Source: Patescibacteria group bacterium UBA3466
GTDB taxonomy: Bacteria; Patescibacteriota; Minisyncoccia; Phycocordibacterales; UBA918
DNA length: 64,000 nt
Direction of reading: 5' to 3'
Assembly (NCBI GenBank): GCA_002378195.1
Contig: DFRJ01000002.1
Location: 129,054-193,053 of the forward strand
In this document: one piece after another, positions 55,474 through 64,000 of the stretch
Layout: every line of letters begins with the position of its first letter
Numbering within the stretch: the stretch's first letter is position 1
The notes under the pieces: generated by a model
What the model saw: only the letters and a program-made list of their open reading frames with translations
Database searches by the model: none
What the model was told of the DNA's origin: nothing
Made by a program: the position numbers and the translations under genes

Positions 55474-55545
55474 GGTGTGCCTCCAGAAAACAGAAAACCC
55501 TAGATTTTATAGTACAAATCTAGGGTTTTGTAAATGCGGAAGTGT

Positions 55546-55920
55546 CTAGTGCAAGACGTCTGGTCGCTCAAGCATCGCTTTAATTTTGGCGATTTCTTGC
55601 TTGGCTTCTTCGGGTGGCAAGATGTCGCCGTCGTTGGTCTTCAGATAGAGACTATCTGCACCTTCCGTGAAGATGTCGGTAGCGGCCATGAGTGCATTTG
55701 CTTGAAGCTGGTCTGGGATTTCGGCAGGACCAACTTGTTTGACTAGATTGGCAAAAGAGCGCAGTTTGACCGTTTGGTCGCTAGGGTCTCGGTAGTAGAT
55801 AAACCGCCAGTCTTCGGTGTCGACTTGTACGGCATTACCGTCATCGATGACTTCACATGTCATACCAGAGAGTTTTTCTGATTTATCATCTGGGTTGGGA
55901 ATATTGAATGATTCACGCAT
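55546..55920 (-). CDS. Hypothetical protein (124 aa)
   Basis: ORF 8 nt downstream of yqeY on the same strand. Confidence 0.65.
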   Translation of the reverse strand: MRESFNIPNPDDKSEKLSGMTCEVIDDGNAVQVDTEDWRFIYYRDPSDQTVKLRSFANLVKQVGPAEIPDQLQANALMAATDIFTEGADSLYLKTNDGDILPPEEAKQEIAKIKAMLERPDVLH

Positions 55921-55928
55921 AATGTTAC

Positions 55929-56384
55929 CTATTCGAAAAGGGCTTCTACTACACTTTTTACATCACTTCCGTCGGCTTTACCAGTTAGTTCTTTCATAAC
56001 GGCACCAACCAACATACCCATCTTTGATTTGTCGTCAATGCCGAGCTCCGCTTTCTTGGCTTCGGCCACTGGTTTGATTTCTTCAGTGCTCATCATTTGT
56101 GGAAGATAGGCTTCGAGGACTTCAAGTTCTTCCTTTTCTGGTTCGGCTAATTCTGGGCGATCCGCAGCCTCATACTGAGTAATTGATTCCTTTCGCTGCT
56201 TGGCTAGTCGCTTAATGACTGCCATAGTTTCGTCGTCGGTGAGAAACTCTTGCGGGGTGCGGTTGGAAGCTACTAGTTCATTGGTGGCGGCACTAAGGAT
56301 AAAACGAATCGTGCGCAGTTTGGCGGCTTCTTTGTTTTTCATGGCTTCTTTCAGCTCTGCTTTGATGGTTTCGTGTAGGGTCAT
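55929..56384 (-). CDS. yqeY: GatB/YqeY domain protein
   Basis: LKEAMK, KQRKESITQY..A.R, YLPQ, MG.L.G.VMK...GKADG. Confidence 0.9.
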   Translation of the reverse strand: MTLHETIKAELKEAMKNKEAAKLRTIRFILSAATNELVASNRTPQEFLTDDETMAVIKRLAKQRKESITQYEAADRPELAEPEKEELEVLEAYLPQMMSTEEIKPVAEAKKAELGIDDKSKMGMLVGAVMKELTGKADGSDVKSVVEALFE

Positions 56385-56435
56385 ATGATTTTGCTTATTT
56401 TCACCATTATATCGCATGGTGGTACAATAGTCAGC

Positions 56436-57518
56436 ATGGAAATGATTTTGATTGGATTGGTGGTGGTTTTGCTGCTCGTGAATGCTTTTGTGGTTTATAA
56501 GCTCTTGAATCCAGCTGTGATTGAGGATGATAAAGATGACAAGGAAGCTTTGCTGGTGATGCAGCGAATTGAAGAACTGTCGCGTACGGTAGACAGCAAG
56601 CTGAGCGAGGCTAATAAAACCATGCGAGAGGGGAGTCAGATACAATTTCGGGAGAGTCGAGAGTTGATTCAAGACATTAATAAAGAAATGAATGAACAGC
56701 TTCGTAATGTGGTGAAGGGAGTATCAGAAGTAGGAGAGAGTTCGAAGCAGGTATTTCAGGTGGCAGACCAACTGAAAGAGCTGCAGGATATTCTCAAGAA
56801 TCCTAAGCAAAGAGGTATTTTGGGTGAGTATTACCTAGAGACCGTGCTACAGAATGTGCTGCCGCCAGAGAGCTTTCAGATGCAGTATGGGTTTGAGGAT
56901 GGCGAGATTGTAGATGCGGTGGTGCATGTAAAGGGGAAGGTGATTCCGGTGGACTCGAAGTTTTCGCTCGATAATTATAATCGATTGATTGAGGCTAAGG
57001 ATCCAGCCGACAAAGCGATTCATGAAAAAGCGTTTATCAATGACTTGAAGCTGCGTATTACCGAAACCGCTAAATACATTCGCCCGACTGAGAAGACGAC
57101 TGACTTTGCTTTTATGTTTATTCCGCACGAAGGAATCTACTACGATCTGCTATCTAATAAGGTGGGGGCTGGTGAGGATAATCTTATCCAACGCTCAGCG
57201 GGAAAGCATAAGGTGATCATTGTATCGCCGACTTCCTTCTTGGCGTATTTGCAGACTGTACTCCAAGGACTTAAAGCTTTGGAAATTGAAGAGAAGGCGC
57301 AAGATATTATTAAAAATGTAGAGAAGCTCTCGGGGCATATTGCCAAGTATGAGGACTTTTACCAGAAGCTAGGTAACACTCTCAGCACCACCGTCAATCA
57401 CTATAATGCTGGCTACAAGGAGCTGAATAAGATAGACAAGGATGTTACAAAAATTACCGGAGAGTCAGTGGGAGTAGATGTCTTGACTATAGATAAGCCA
57501 CAAAAGCAGGATGATTAA
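56436..57518 (+). CDS. rmuC: DNA recombination protein RmuC
   Basis: RGILGE, PVDSKFSL, KYI.P..TTDFAFMFIP.EG, VSPTSF. Confidence 0.92.
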   Translation: MEMILIGLVVVLLLVNAFVVYKLLNPAVIEDDKDDKEALLVMQRIEELSRTVDSKLSEANKTMREGSQIQFRESRELIQDINKEMNEQLRNVVKGVSEVGESSKQVFQVADQLKELQDILKNPKQRGILGEYYLETVLQNVLPPESFQMQYGFEDGEIVDAVVHVKGKVIPVDSKFSLDNYNRLIEAKDPADKAIHEKAFINDLKLRITETAKYIRPTEKTTDFAFMFIPHEGIYYDLLSNKVGAGEDNLIQRSAGKHKVIIVSPTSFLAYLQTVLQGLKALEIEEKAQDIIKNVEKLSGHIAKYEDFYQKLGNTLSTTVNHYNAGYKELNKIDKDVTKITGESVGVDVLTIDKPQKQDD

Positions 57519-57551
57519 AAAGTGGGCGGTGGACCGAAGGTCCACCGCCCA
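57517..57551 (-). terminator. Terminator (U-tract on minus strand)
   Basis: tgggcggtggacc-gaa-ggtccaccgccca preceded by aaaaa. Confidence 0.85.
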
Positions 57552-57559
57552 GCTGCACA

Positions 57560-57673
57560 CTAACGCCTTCTTCGTCGTGATTTCTGGTCGGGACGAGCTT
57601 TGGTTCGTCTGACGTGCGATTTCACGGCCGCGCGTAGTCTGCACTTGTTTGGTTCAGTTGGTGTGTCTGACAC
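57560..57673 (-). CDS. Small Arg-rich protein (37 aa)
   Basis: GAGGAAG SD, GTG start, MSDTPTEPNKCRLRAAVKSHVRRTKARPDQKSRRRRR*, terminator immediately after. Confidence 0.5.
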   Translation of the reverse strand: MSDTPTEPNKCRLRAAVKSHVRRTKARPDQKSRRRRR

Positions 57674-57758
57674 TCTACTTCCTCTTTTTTGTTTCTGCCC
57701 GATTTGGCAGGCAAGCAAAGTATCACAAAACTGTTGGTGAGGGAAGTGGATATAGATA

Positions 57759-57796
57759 AACCCCGTAATGGAGATTATCTCCTCCAGTACGGGGTT
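57759..57796. terminator. Hairpin terminator
   Basis: aaccccgta.tggag...ctcca.tacggggtt. Confidence 0.65.
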
Positions 57797-57840
57797 GTTT
57801 TTATTGTCGCAGCTCAGGCTGGATGTGCTTGGGTCGGGGC

Positions 57841-58011
57841 CTAGCGAAGGGTTGTGGAAGCGTGATAATCTGCATCCACAGCTTGGTCTTGGCTCTCGCA
57901 GCCATATTGTCGCGCTTGGTCTTCCACAAATCTTTTGTCGGCTGATCGCTGAGAGTGCCTAACACTCTTTTTTTCACGCTTCTTAACGGCGTGACGCTTA
58001 TTTCTTGGCAT
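57841..58011 (-). CDS. Small basic protein (56 aa)
   Basis: GAGGA SD before MPRNKRHAVKKREKK; TTGCCA-18 bp-TATGCT promoter; hairpin downstream. Confidence 0.55.
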   Translation of the reverse strand: MPRNKRHAVKKREKKSVRHSQRSADKRFVEDQARQYGCESQDQAVDADYHASTTLR

Positions 58012-58120
58012 GAAAGTTTCCTCGTATGGAATGAGCTTGCTTTTGCTAGCATAGCAATAAATCGGGTTTTTTGGCAACAAAAGCGTTGCAAAACTGTTAA
58101 TTTCTTGTATACTCATGCCC

Positions 58121-58176
58121 ACTACAACCAAGCGAGCAAGAGTTGCAGGCAATTAATTTGACTACAACCAAGCGAG
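58121..58176 (+). repeat. 16-bp direct repeat upstream of rplU
   Basis: actacaaccaagcgag at 58121 and 58161. Confidence 0.8.
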
Positions 58177-58201
58177 TGAAGGGTGTATAAATTCTATTTA
58201 T

Positions 58202-58534
58202 ATGGCAACAGAAACAACAAATTCAGCACCATTTGCAGTGATCGCTACCGGCGGGAAGCAATATGTCGTGCGTGAAGGTGATACTCTGCTAGTGGAACTC
58301 CTTGGTGATCATAAGGAAGGTGACAAGATTGAATTCGACACTGTACTAATGACTGACGATGGGAAGTCTGCCAAAGTTGGTACACCTCATACTGGAACAA
58401 AAGTTTCAGCTACCTATCTAGGTGAAAAGAAGGGTAAGAAGATCACTATCGTTCGATACAAGGCTAAGAGTAACCGAGATCGACGAATTGGTCACCGACA
58501 GCAGTACGCTGAGATCAAGATCGACAAAATCTAA
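58202..58534 (+). CDS. rplU: 50S ribosomal protein bL21
   Basis: AVIATGGKQY.V.EGD, GHRQQY. Confidence 0.97.
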   Translation: MATETTNSAPFAVIATGGKQYVVREGDTLLVELLGDHKEGDKIEFDTVLMTDDGKSAKVGTPHTGTKVSATYLGEKKGKKITIVRYKAKSNRDRRIGHRQQYAEIKIDKI

Positions 58535-58541
58535 AATACCA

Positions 58542-58573
58542 GAAACCGGTGCATTTGCACCGGTTTCGCTTTT
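58542..58573 (+). terminator. Terminator after rplU
   Basis: gaaaccggtgca-tt-tgcaccggtttc then gctttt. Confidence 0.8.
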
Positions 58574-58690
58574 GTATTTAGTCACTGTACGTTTGTACGT
58601 TTTCTTCATACAAAAACTCCAACCGACACAACTACATCCGGTTTCTGAAATTTTAATAATAATCTGCAGTTGCGGTGGCTTTGTCTAACT

Positions 58691-58730
58691 TTTGTTACGT
58701 AGCATGTTACGTAACATGCTACGTAACAAA
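58691..58730. repeat. 40-bp perfect palindrome, copy 2 of the triple 12-mer
   Basis: tttgttacgtagcatgttacgtaacatgctacgtaacaaa. Confidence 0.9.
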
Positions 58731-58755
58731 TAACCTCGAGGTCTAACCCCGGAAT

Positions 58756-59376
58756 TTATTGGGTCTGGCGGTTTTGGAAGGCGTTTTTGATGGTTTCGGC
58801 GTCGGCGTACTCGAGTTCGCTTCCGGTTGAGAGTCCGCGACCGAGATAAGTGACCGAGACCCCCTTTTCCTTTAGGGTTTCACCAATGATTGACTCAACA
58901 AAGCGCGCGGTATTTTCTCCATCGGGGTTTACGGCAAAACCTAAGGTGACCTCACTTAGTCCTTCTTCGAGTCTTTTCTCAACGGTTGCCTTGAGAGCTG
59001 AGCCGCGGAGTTTATTATTATCTTTAGCATTCAAAAGCGGTAGGGTTCCACCAAACACAAAGTATAGACCGTCATAAACTCCAGCTCTTTCAATTGCCTG
59101 AATATCAGAGTCTTGCGCCACCACCAGAAGTTTTTGGTGATTGCGGGTGCTGGAGGTGCAGATTGAGCACATGGCTTCATTGGTGACGGTAGAAAAGTAG
59201 CGGTGACAACTCGAGCATTCCACAACTGAACCTTTAAGCTCACCAACCAAGCGAGACAGCTCTTTCGAGTCAGCTTCGTTCATGGTGAGCACATGAAACG
59301 CAAAACGCTTGGCTTGCCGCGCTCCGACCCCGGGAAATTTTTCAAATTGTGATATGAGTTTATCGAGATTGTTCAT
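58756..59376 (-). CDS. recR: Recombination mediator RecR
   Basis: PGVGARQAKR, CSSC...CSIC zinc finger, GSELEYAD. Confidence 0.95.
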   Translation of the reverse strand: MNNLDKLISQFEKFPGVGARQAKRFAFHVLTMNEADSKELSRLVGELKGSVVECSSCHRYFSTVTNEAMCSICTSSTRNHQKLLVVAQDSDIQAIERAGVYDGLYFVFGGTLPLLNAKDNNKLRGSALKATVEKRLEEGLSEVTLGFAVNPDGENTARFVESIIGETLKEKGVSVTYLGRGLSTGSELEYADAETIKNAFQNRQTQ

Positions 59377-59379
59377 AAA

Positions 59380-60765
59380 TTAGAAGTCGTCATCTCCTGT
59401 ACCGGGGGCAGCAGCATGGTGGGTGTCGAGGTTGAGGAAGCGTACGTGCTGGCCGTCGAAGTATAGTTCGGCGACTCCAACAGCACCGTTACGGTGCTTT
59501 TCAACCATAATCTCTGCAATGTTTGGTCGCTCAGCTTCTTTGTCCTTGTTCATCTTATCCTCACGGTGAATGAACATCACCACGTCTGCATCTTGCTCGA
59601 TAGATCCTGAGTCACGCAAGTCTGACAAGCGTGGTTTACCACCACGTTGCTCTACCGCACGAGATAGCTGTGAGAGGGCAATGACCGGGATGTTCATCTC
59701 TTTGGCGAGGATCTTGAGTGATCGCGAGATTTCGGTGATTTGCTGTACCATCGAGTCGCTATTTTTGGTGGCGGTAGGGGACATCAGTTGGAGGTAGTCT
59801 ACGATGAGTAGATCAACCCCGTGCTCATTCATAAGGCGACGAGTTGCAGAGCGCATCTTTACAATATTCATATCAGCATCGTCAATGATGTGAATCGGCG
59901 CTTCGTTTAGCTTTTGCATAGCTTCTTGCAGAGCCTCGTACTCGCTATCATTTGAGAGGCGACCGGTTCGTAGTTTCCATGAATCAACGCCAGATTCAGC
60001 AGCCAACATACGATCTACCAACTGCTGGTCGCTCATCTCTAGTGAGAAGATACCAACTGAGGCTCCGTGCTTAAGAGCGGCACCGCGTGCGAGGTCAAGA
60101 GCAAAGGTTGTCTTACCCATGGCTGGTCGTGCGGCGAGAATAATTAGGTCTGATTTTTGGAAACCAGCCAGTACGTTATCAAGGGCTGTAAAGCCAGATG
60201 GTACACCACGCTTGTCCTCTGGGTTGGCACTGAGATGCTCGAAGCGCTCCCACGCTTCGGTCAGTGCACTACCAATTGGTCGAAATTTTTGTGCCGATGG
60301 TGCCTGAGTAGCTTGAAATACTTTCTTTTCAGCCTGATCAAGGGCTTCATCAACCACTTCTGGGTCTGAGTAGCCAATCTCAGCGATATCATCGGCAGCA
60401 TGAATCAGATTGCGAAGAGTAGACTTATCGCTTACTTGGCGCGCGTAGTACATGGCGTTGCCGGCCGCTGGCACGGTCTCAATAAGTTCTGTGATATACG
60501 AAGCACCACCAACCCGCTCGAGCTGATTCATGTCCTTGAGTTTGGTGACTACTGAAATAGTATCGACCGGATCACCTTTAGAAAAAATCTGTTGGATAGC
60601 ATCGTAGATAGCGCGGTGCTTATCAGCATAAAAACTTTCTGGATAGACTGTCACCGATACGTCGTGCATCACGTCGGGCTTCAAGATAATCGCTCCCAAC
60701 AACGCTTTCTCAGCGTCTACGTTCTGAGGCGGTTTGCGCAGTGATCGGTTGTGCTCTTCAGCCAT
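59380..60765 (-). CDS. dnaB: Replicative DNA helicase
   Basis: AARPAMGKT, FSLEM, VDYLQLM, LSQLSR, DLRDSGSIEQDAD, KHRNG; no intein. Confidence 0.97.
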   Translation of the reverse strand: MAEEHNRSLRKPPQNVDAEKALLGAIILKPDVMHDVSVTVYPESFYADKHRAIYDAIQQIFSKGDPVDTISVVTKLKDMNQLERVGGASYITELIETVPAAGNAMYYARQVSDKSTLRNLIHAADDIAEIGYSDPEVVDEALDQAEKKVFQATQAPSAQKFRPIGSALTEAWERFEHLSANPEDKRGVPSGFTALDNVLAGFQKSDLIILAARPAMGKTTFALDLARGAALKHGASVGIFSLEMSDQQLVDRMLAAESGVDSWKLRTGRLSNDSEYEALQEAMQKLNEAPIHIIDDADMNIVKMRSATRRLMNEHGVDLLIVDYLQLMSPTATKNSDSMVQQITEISRSLKILAKEMNIPVIALSQLSRAVEQRGGKPRLSDLRDSGSIEQDADVVMFIHREDKMNKDKEAERPNIAEIMVEKHRNGAVGVAELYFDGQHVRFLNLDTHHAAAPGTGDDDF

Positions 60766-60844
60766 AGGAATCACAGTTTACCATGAAAACTACCTTGACG
60801 ATTTCGGGCTAGTCTGGGAGAAAGCAGAAATAAGATGTGGATTA

Positions 60845-62296
60845 TTACACTTTAGTCACCTTCGGCCCATGTGCTGTATCCTCAAGTTCGTAGCCCTTGA
60901 GCTTGATTTGATCACGGAGAATGTCAGCGCGGTCCCAGTTGCGGGCGATGCGGGCTACTTCGCGCTCATCTATTAAGGTTTGTACCTCCTCAGGAATGTC
61001 ATCCACGTCTACCACACCGAGCGAGCGAGTACCTTCGTCGAGTTGGTCAGACAGACCGATGTCGAGAATTTCGTCCATGGCGAATAAAGTACCGCACTTG
61101 GTTTTGTCATCTAGGGTGTCATCTTTTAGCATGTCCCACATGATGGCGATGGCGCCTGGTGTATCGAAGTCGTCTGCCAGTCGGTCATCAAAGGCGTCTA
61201 GGTGCTGGGCGCTTGGGGTGGCTGTCTTTTGGCCGAAATCTTCATACATAATGCGCTTCAATCGGAATAAGGCTTGCTTGGCAGCCTTCAAAGCTTCCCA
61301 GGTAAAATTAACTTGCGAACGGTAGTGGGCGGTAAGTAGCCAGTAGCGGTAGTCGTCGCCAGAAAAGCCCCTGTCACGTAGGTGTTGAAGGGTAATTGAG
61401 TTGCCGAGTGATTTGGCTACTTTTGTGCTGTCGATGGTAATGAAAGCGTTGTGTAACCAGTACTTTGAAAAACACTTGCCGGTGACCGCTTCAGATTGAG
61501 CGATCTCGGCGTTGTGGTGAATCGGTACATGATCTTCACCTCCAGTATGAATGTCGATTTGTTTGCCGAGCGTGTCCATAGCCATAGCCGAACATTCGAT
61601 GTGCCAGCCAGGAAAACCTTTGCCCCATTGACTGTTCCAGCCTAGGTCACCTTTCTTCCAAATAGCAAAATCAGCTGGGTGTTTCTTTTCTTTATTTACC
61701 TCCACCCTGGCACCACTCTTGAGTTTATCTAAATCGATATTGCCTAGTCGGCCATATTTGGGGAACTTGCTAATGTCGAAGTATAGACCGTCAGAAGTCT
61801 CATAAGTAAAACCTTTTTCGTCTAGGGTTTTAATAAGATTGATTTGTTTTTTTATGTAGTCGCTGGCTCGGGCCCAGGTGTCTGGCGGTAAAATTCGGAG
61901 TTCCTCGACATCATCTTCAAAGGCTTTGATGTAGCGGTCAGAGAGCTGGCGCATAGAGTCTAGATTGATTTCTAAACCTTCACGCTTCAAACCTTTCATC
62001 ATTTTGTCTTCGCCTTCGTCACCGTCGCTGGTGAGGTGGCCAAAGTCGGTGAGATTGATGGTGTGCTTGACTGGGTAACCGTTTCGAATCAGTACGCGCT
62101 TTACAATATCGGCAAAGACATAAGAGCGTAGATTTCCGATGTGAGCGTAGTCATAGACGGTGGGGCCGCAGGAGTACATTTTTACTTCTTTTTGATTGAG
62201 CGGCTTAAAAATCTCTTTGCGTTTTGACTCGGTGTTAAATAGTTGTATATCGCGGGTATGCACCGGTGTTTTGTTGAAGAATAAGTCAGCAAACAT
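60845..62296 (-). CDS. cysS: Cysteinyl-tRNA synthetase
   Basis: CGPTVYDYAHIGN, GFPGWHIECSAM, KVAKS (KMSKS variant). Confidence 0.97.
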   Translation of the reverse strand: MFADLFFNKTPVHTRDIQLFNTESKRKEIFKPLNQKEVKMYSCGPTVYDYAHIGNLRSYVFADIVKRVLIRNGYPVKHTINLTDFGHLTSDGDEGEDKMMKGLKREGLEINLDSMRQLSDRYIKAFEDDVEELRILPPDTWARASDYIKKQINLIKTLDEKGFTYETSDGLYFDISKFPKYGRLGNIDLDKLKSGARVEVNKEKKHPADFAIWKKGDLGWNSQWGKGFPGWHIECSAMAMDTLGKQIDIHTGGEDHVPIHHNAEIAQSEAVTGKCFSKYWLHNAFITIDSTKVAKSLGNSITLQHLRDRGFSGDDYRYWLLTAHYRSQVNFTWEALKAAKQALFRLKRIMYEDFGQKTATPSAQHLDAFDDRLADDFDTPGAIAIMWDMLKDDTLDDKTKCGTLFAMDEILDIGLSDQLDEGTRSLGVVDVDDIPEEVQTLIDEREVARIARNWDRADILRDQIKLKGYELEDTAHGPKVTKV

Positions 62297-62412
62297 AGTA
62301 GAGCTAGTGTACCAGAAACTGTGGCGTTATAAAATTAGCAGGACTGTCCAGTTGTCTTTTGGCAGCGTCTCACTAGTGTGATAATATCGTACTAAATAAG
62401 TATCTATTGTTT

Positions 62413-63747
62413 ATGAGTAGCAGTTTTAGTCCTAGTCACACCCTTAGAAACAAGCAAAAGCGTGGTCTTGGTATTTTTTTGGCATTCTGCTTCGCGTTAG
62501 GGGCTTTTGGGTCAGGTCTGTTTTTGGGTGCTGGTGATTTCTCGCTCACTCAAACTGCCAGTATCTTCAATATCTTTGCTGCTGAACCGGAAGTGGCTGT
62601 TGTAGATGATGGAGATCGGCCTAGTCTGAATGAATTTTGGGAAGTATGGGAGCTATTGGATGAAAAATTCGCCAACTCCAGTACTACTGACGAAATAACC
62701 GCAGAAGAAAAATTGCAGGGCGCGATTGATGGCTTGGTGGATGCCTACGATGATCCATACACTGTGTACTTTACGCCAGTAGATACCGAAGCCTTTAATG
62801 AAAATATTTCCGGTAATTTTAGCGGAGTAGGTATGGAGGTGGGTATCCGTGAGGGTCTAGTGACGGTGATTGCGCCGTTGCCTGATACTCCAGCAGAACA
62901 GGCTGGTGTGCTAGCCGGAGATGTAATCGTGCAGATTGATGAGGTGACTACTGAAGATATGCGTATCGACGAAGCGGTGAAGCTGATTCGGGGTGAAAAG
63001 GGAACGGAAGTGGTGTTGCGGGTATTCAGGGAGGGTGAATCAGAGTTTATTGATATTCCAATTATTCGCGACACAATTGCGATCCCGACTGTGAAAACCG
63101 AAGTGATAGATGATGTGTTCGTGATCTCTCTTTATAGTTTCAATGCTATTGCTGAAGCAGAAATGAGTAAAGCCTTCATTGAATATATTGAAAGTGGGGC
63201 AGGACCACTGGTCTTGGATCTGCGGGGTAACCCAGGCGGCTATCTTCAGGGGGCGGTATCGATTGCTAGCTACTTCTTGCCGGCTGGTAAGGTGGTGGTG
63301 ACTGAGGAGTTTGGTGATGAGACTCTAAATGACGTATTTAGGAGTCGTGGACGGCAGCTAAGAGATTTTCATACTGAAGACATGGTGGTGTTGGTTGACA
63401 ACGGATCAGCTTCAGCATCTGAGATTTTGGCTGGTGCTCTGAAGGATCACGGGGTGGCCACCGTAATCGGGACACAAACGTTTGGAAAGGGTTCGGTGCA
63501 AGAGGTGGTTGATTTGGATAACGGATCGTCTTTGAAAGTGACTGTAGCACGTTGGCTAACTCCAAACGGGGTATCAATTTCAGATGGGGGACTGGCGCCT
63601 GACATTGTTATTTCGCGGACTCCTGCAGATAGGCTGGCTGACACTGATCCGCAGCTTGATGCAGCAGTGCGGTTCTTGCAAGGATTTGAGGTAGTGAGTG
63701 AGACTTTTGAAGCAGAGGTGGCGGCCGGCGAAGAGGCTGGAGAGTAG
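62413..63747 (+). CDS. ctpA: S41 carboxy-terminal processing protease
   Basis: PDZ domain, LDLRGNPGG, SASASEI, TFGKGSVQ. Confidence 0.92.
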   Translation: MSSSFSPSHTLRNKQKRGLGIFLAFCFALGAFGSGLFLGAGDFSLTQTASIFNIFAAEPEVAVVDDGDRPSLNEFWEVWELLDEKFANSSTTDEITAEEKLQGAIDGLVDAYDDPYTVYFTPVDTEAFNENISGNFSGVGMEVGIREGLVTVIAPLPDTPAEQAGVLAGDVIVQIDEVTTEDMRIDEAVKLIRGEKGTEVVLRVFREGESEFIDIPIIRDTIAIPTVKTEVIDDVFVISLYSFNAIAEAEMSKAFIEYIESGAGPLVLDLRGNPGGYLQGAVSIASYFLPAGKVVVTEEFGDETLNDVFRSRGRQLRDFHTEDMVVLVDNGSASASEILAGALKDHGVATVIGTQTFGKGSVQEVVDLDNGSSLKVTVARWLTPNGVSISDGGLAPDIVISRTPADRLADTDPQLDAAVRFLQGFEVVSETFEAEVAAGEEAGE

Positions 63748-63816
63748 GCGTTAATTTTGTTAATATTGATGCCAATTAGCACTTTTGTGCAGGTTGGTAA
63801 GTAATTTAGATTGAAT

Positions 63817-64000
63817 ATGAAAGTAATACTTTTACAAGATGTGGCCAAGATCGGAAAGCGAGGAGAAGTGGCTGAAGTGCCTGATGGATACGCTAGAAAC
63901 CAGCTAATTCCAAAGATGATGGCTGAGCCGGCTACGAAAGCAAATATGAAGAAGGTGGAGCGAAAGCAAAGTATGGCTAGCGCTTCTTCAGCAGCTTCAG
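63817..64000 (+). CDS. rplI: 50S ribosomal protein bL9, 5' part (truncated by window edge)
   Basis: [32 protein letters not shown]. Confidence 0.95.
   Translation, partial: MKVILLQDVAKIGKRGEVAEVPDGYARNQLIPKMMAEPATKANMKKVERKQSMASASSAAS

Noticed and set aside
55929-56672. 247-aa extended YqeY and 377-aa extended RmuC as given in the ORF track
   Set aside because: The extensions overlap each other and the divergent promoter region; starts at 56384 and 56436 fit the families
58121-58176. Mini-CRISPR array
   Set aside because: Only two 16-bp repeats, too short, and no cas genes in the window
58418-58609. Minus-strand 63-aa ORF with GGAG upstream
   Set aside because: It runs through the rplU terminator and antisense into rplU, with no other support
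20075-58730. The two palindromes as att sites bounding one 38-kb element
   Set aside because: The interval includes core genes (truB, rmuC, rplU, tRNA), so it is not a coherent mobile unit
59380-60765. Intein or intron in dnaB
   Set aside because: The protein has normal length and contiguous motifs

Overview
Bacterial chromosome window, genetic code 11 (TGA is used as stop). Gene content and order, the many promoter-abutting starts without Shine-Dalgarno, and the protein styles suggest a Patescibacteria/CPR (Parcubacteria-like) genome; this is an inference. About 1-20 kb is housekeeping (frr, rseP, proS, mreB-mreC-PBP2, greA, lysS, mraZ-rsmH-ftsL-ftsI-murF, sua5/tsaC, hisS). About 20.5-39.7 kb is a metal/redox island headed by a 5'-truncated serine recombinase, with ZIP and CDF transporters, DsbA, two P1B-ATPases, CsoR, YeeE/YedE and a multicopper oxidase. 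About 39.76-45.29 kb is a small integrative element (HUH Rep plus large serine recombinase) at tRNA-Glu(CTC). About 45.4-64 kb is backbone again (PIF1-like helicase, msrAB, truB, yqeY, rmuC, rplU, recR, dnaB, cysS, S41 protease, rplI), with self-contained ORFan cassettes interspersed. Best leads: (1) two paralogous Cys/His/Met membrane ORFs ending in GI(I/L)HPKL(Y/F), each with its stop codon inside an RNA hairpin ahead of metal genes, candidate metal-sensing ribosome-arrest leaders; (2) a recombinase whose C-terminal tail would be swapped on integration/excision because the att core lies inside the gene; (3) an identical 36-bp triple palindrome at two loci; (4) a 120-nt rod-like RNA upstream of mraZ. 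All family assignments come from motif recognition by eye; no database searches were run.
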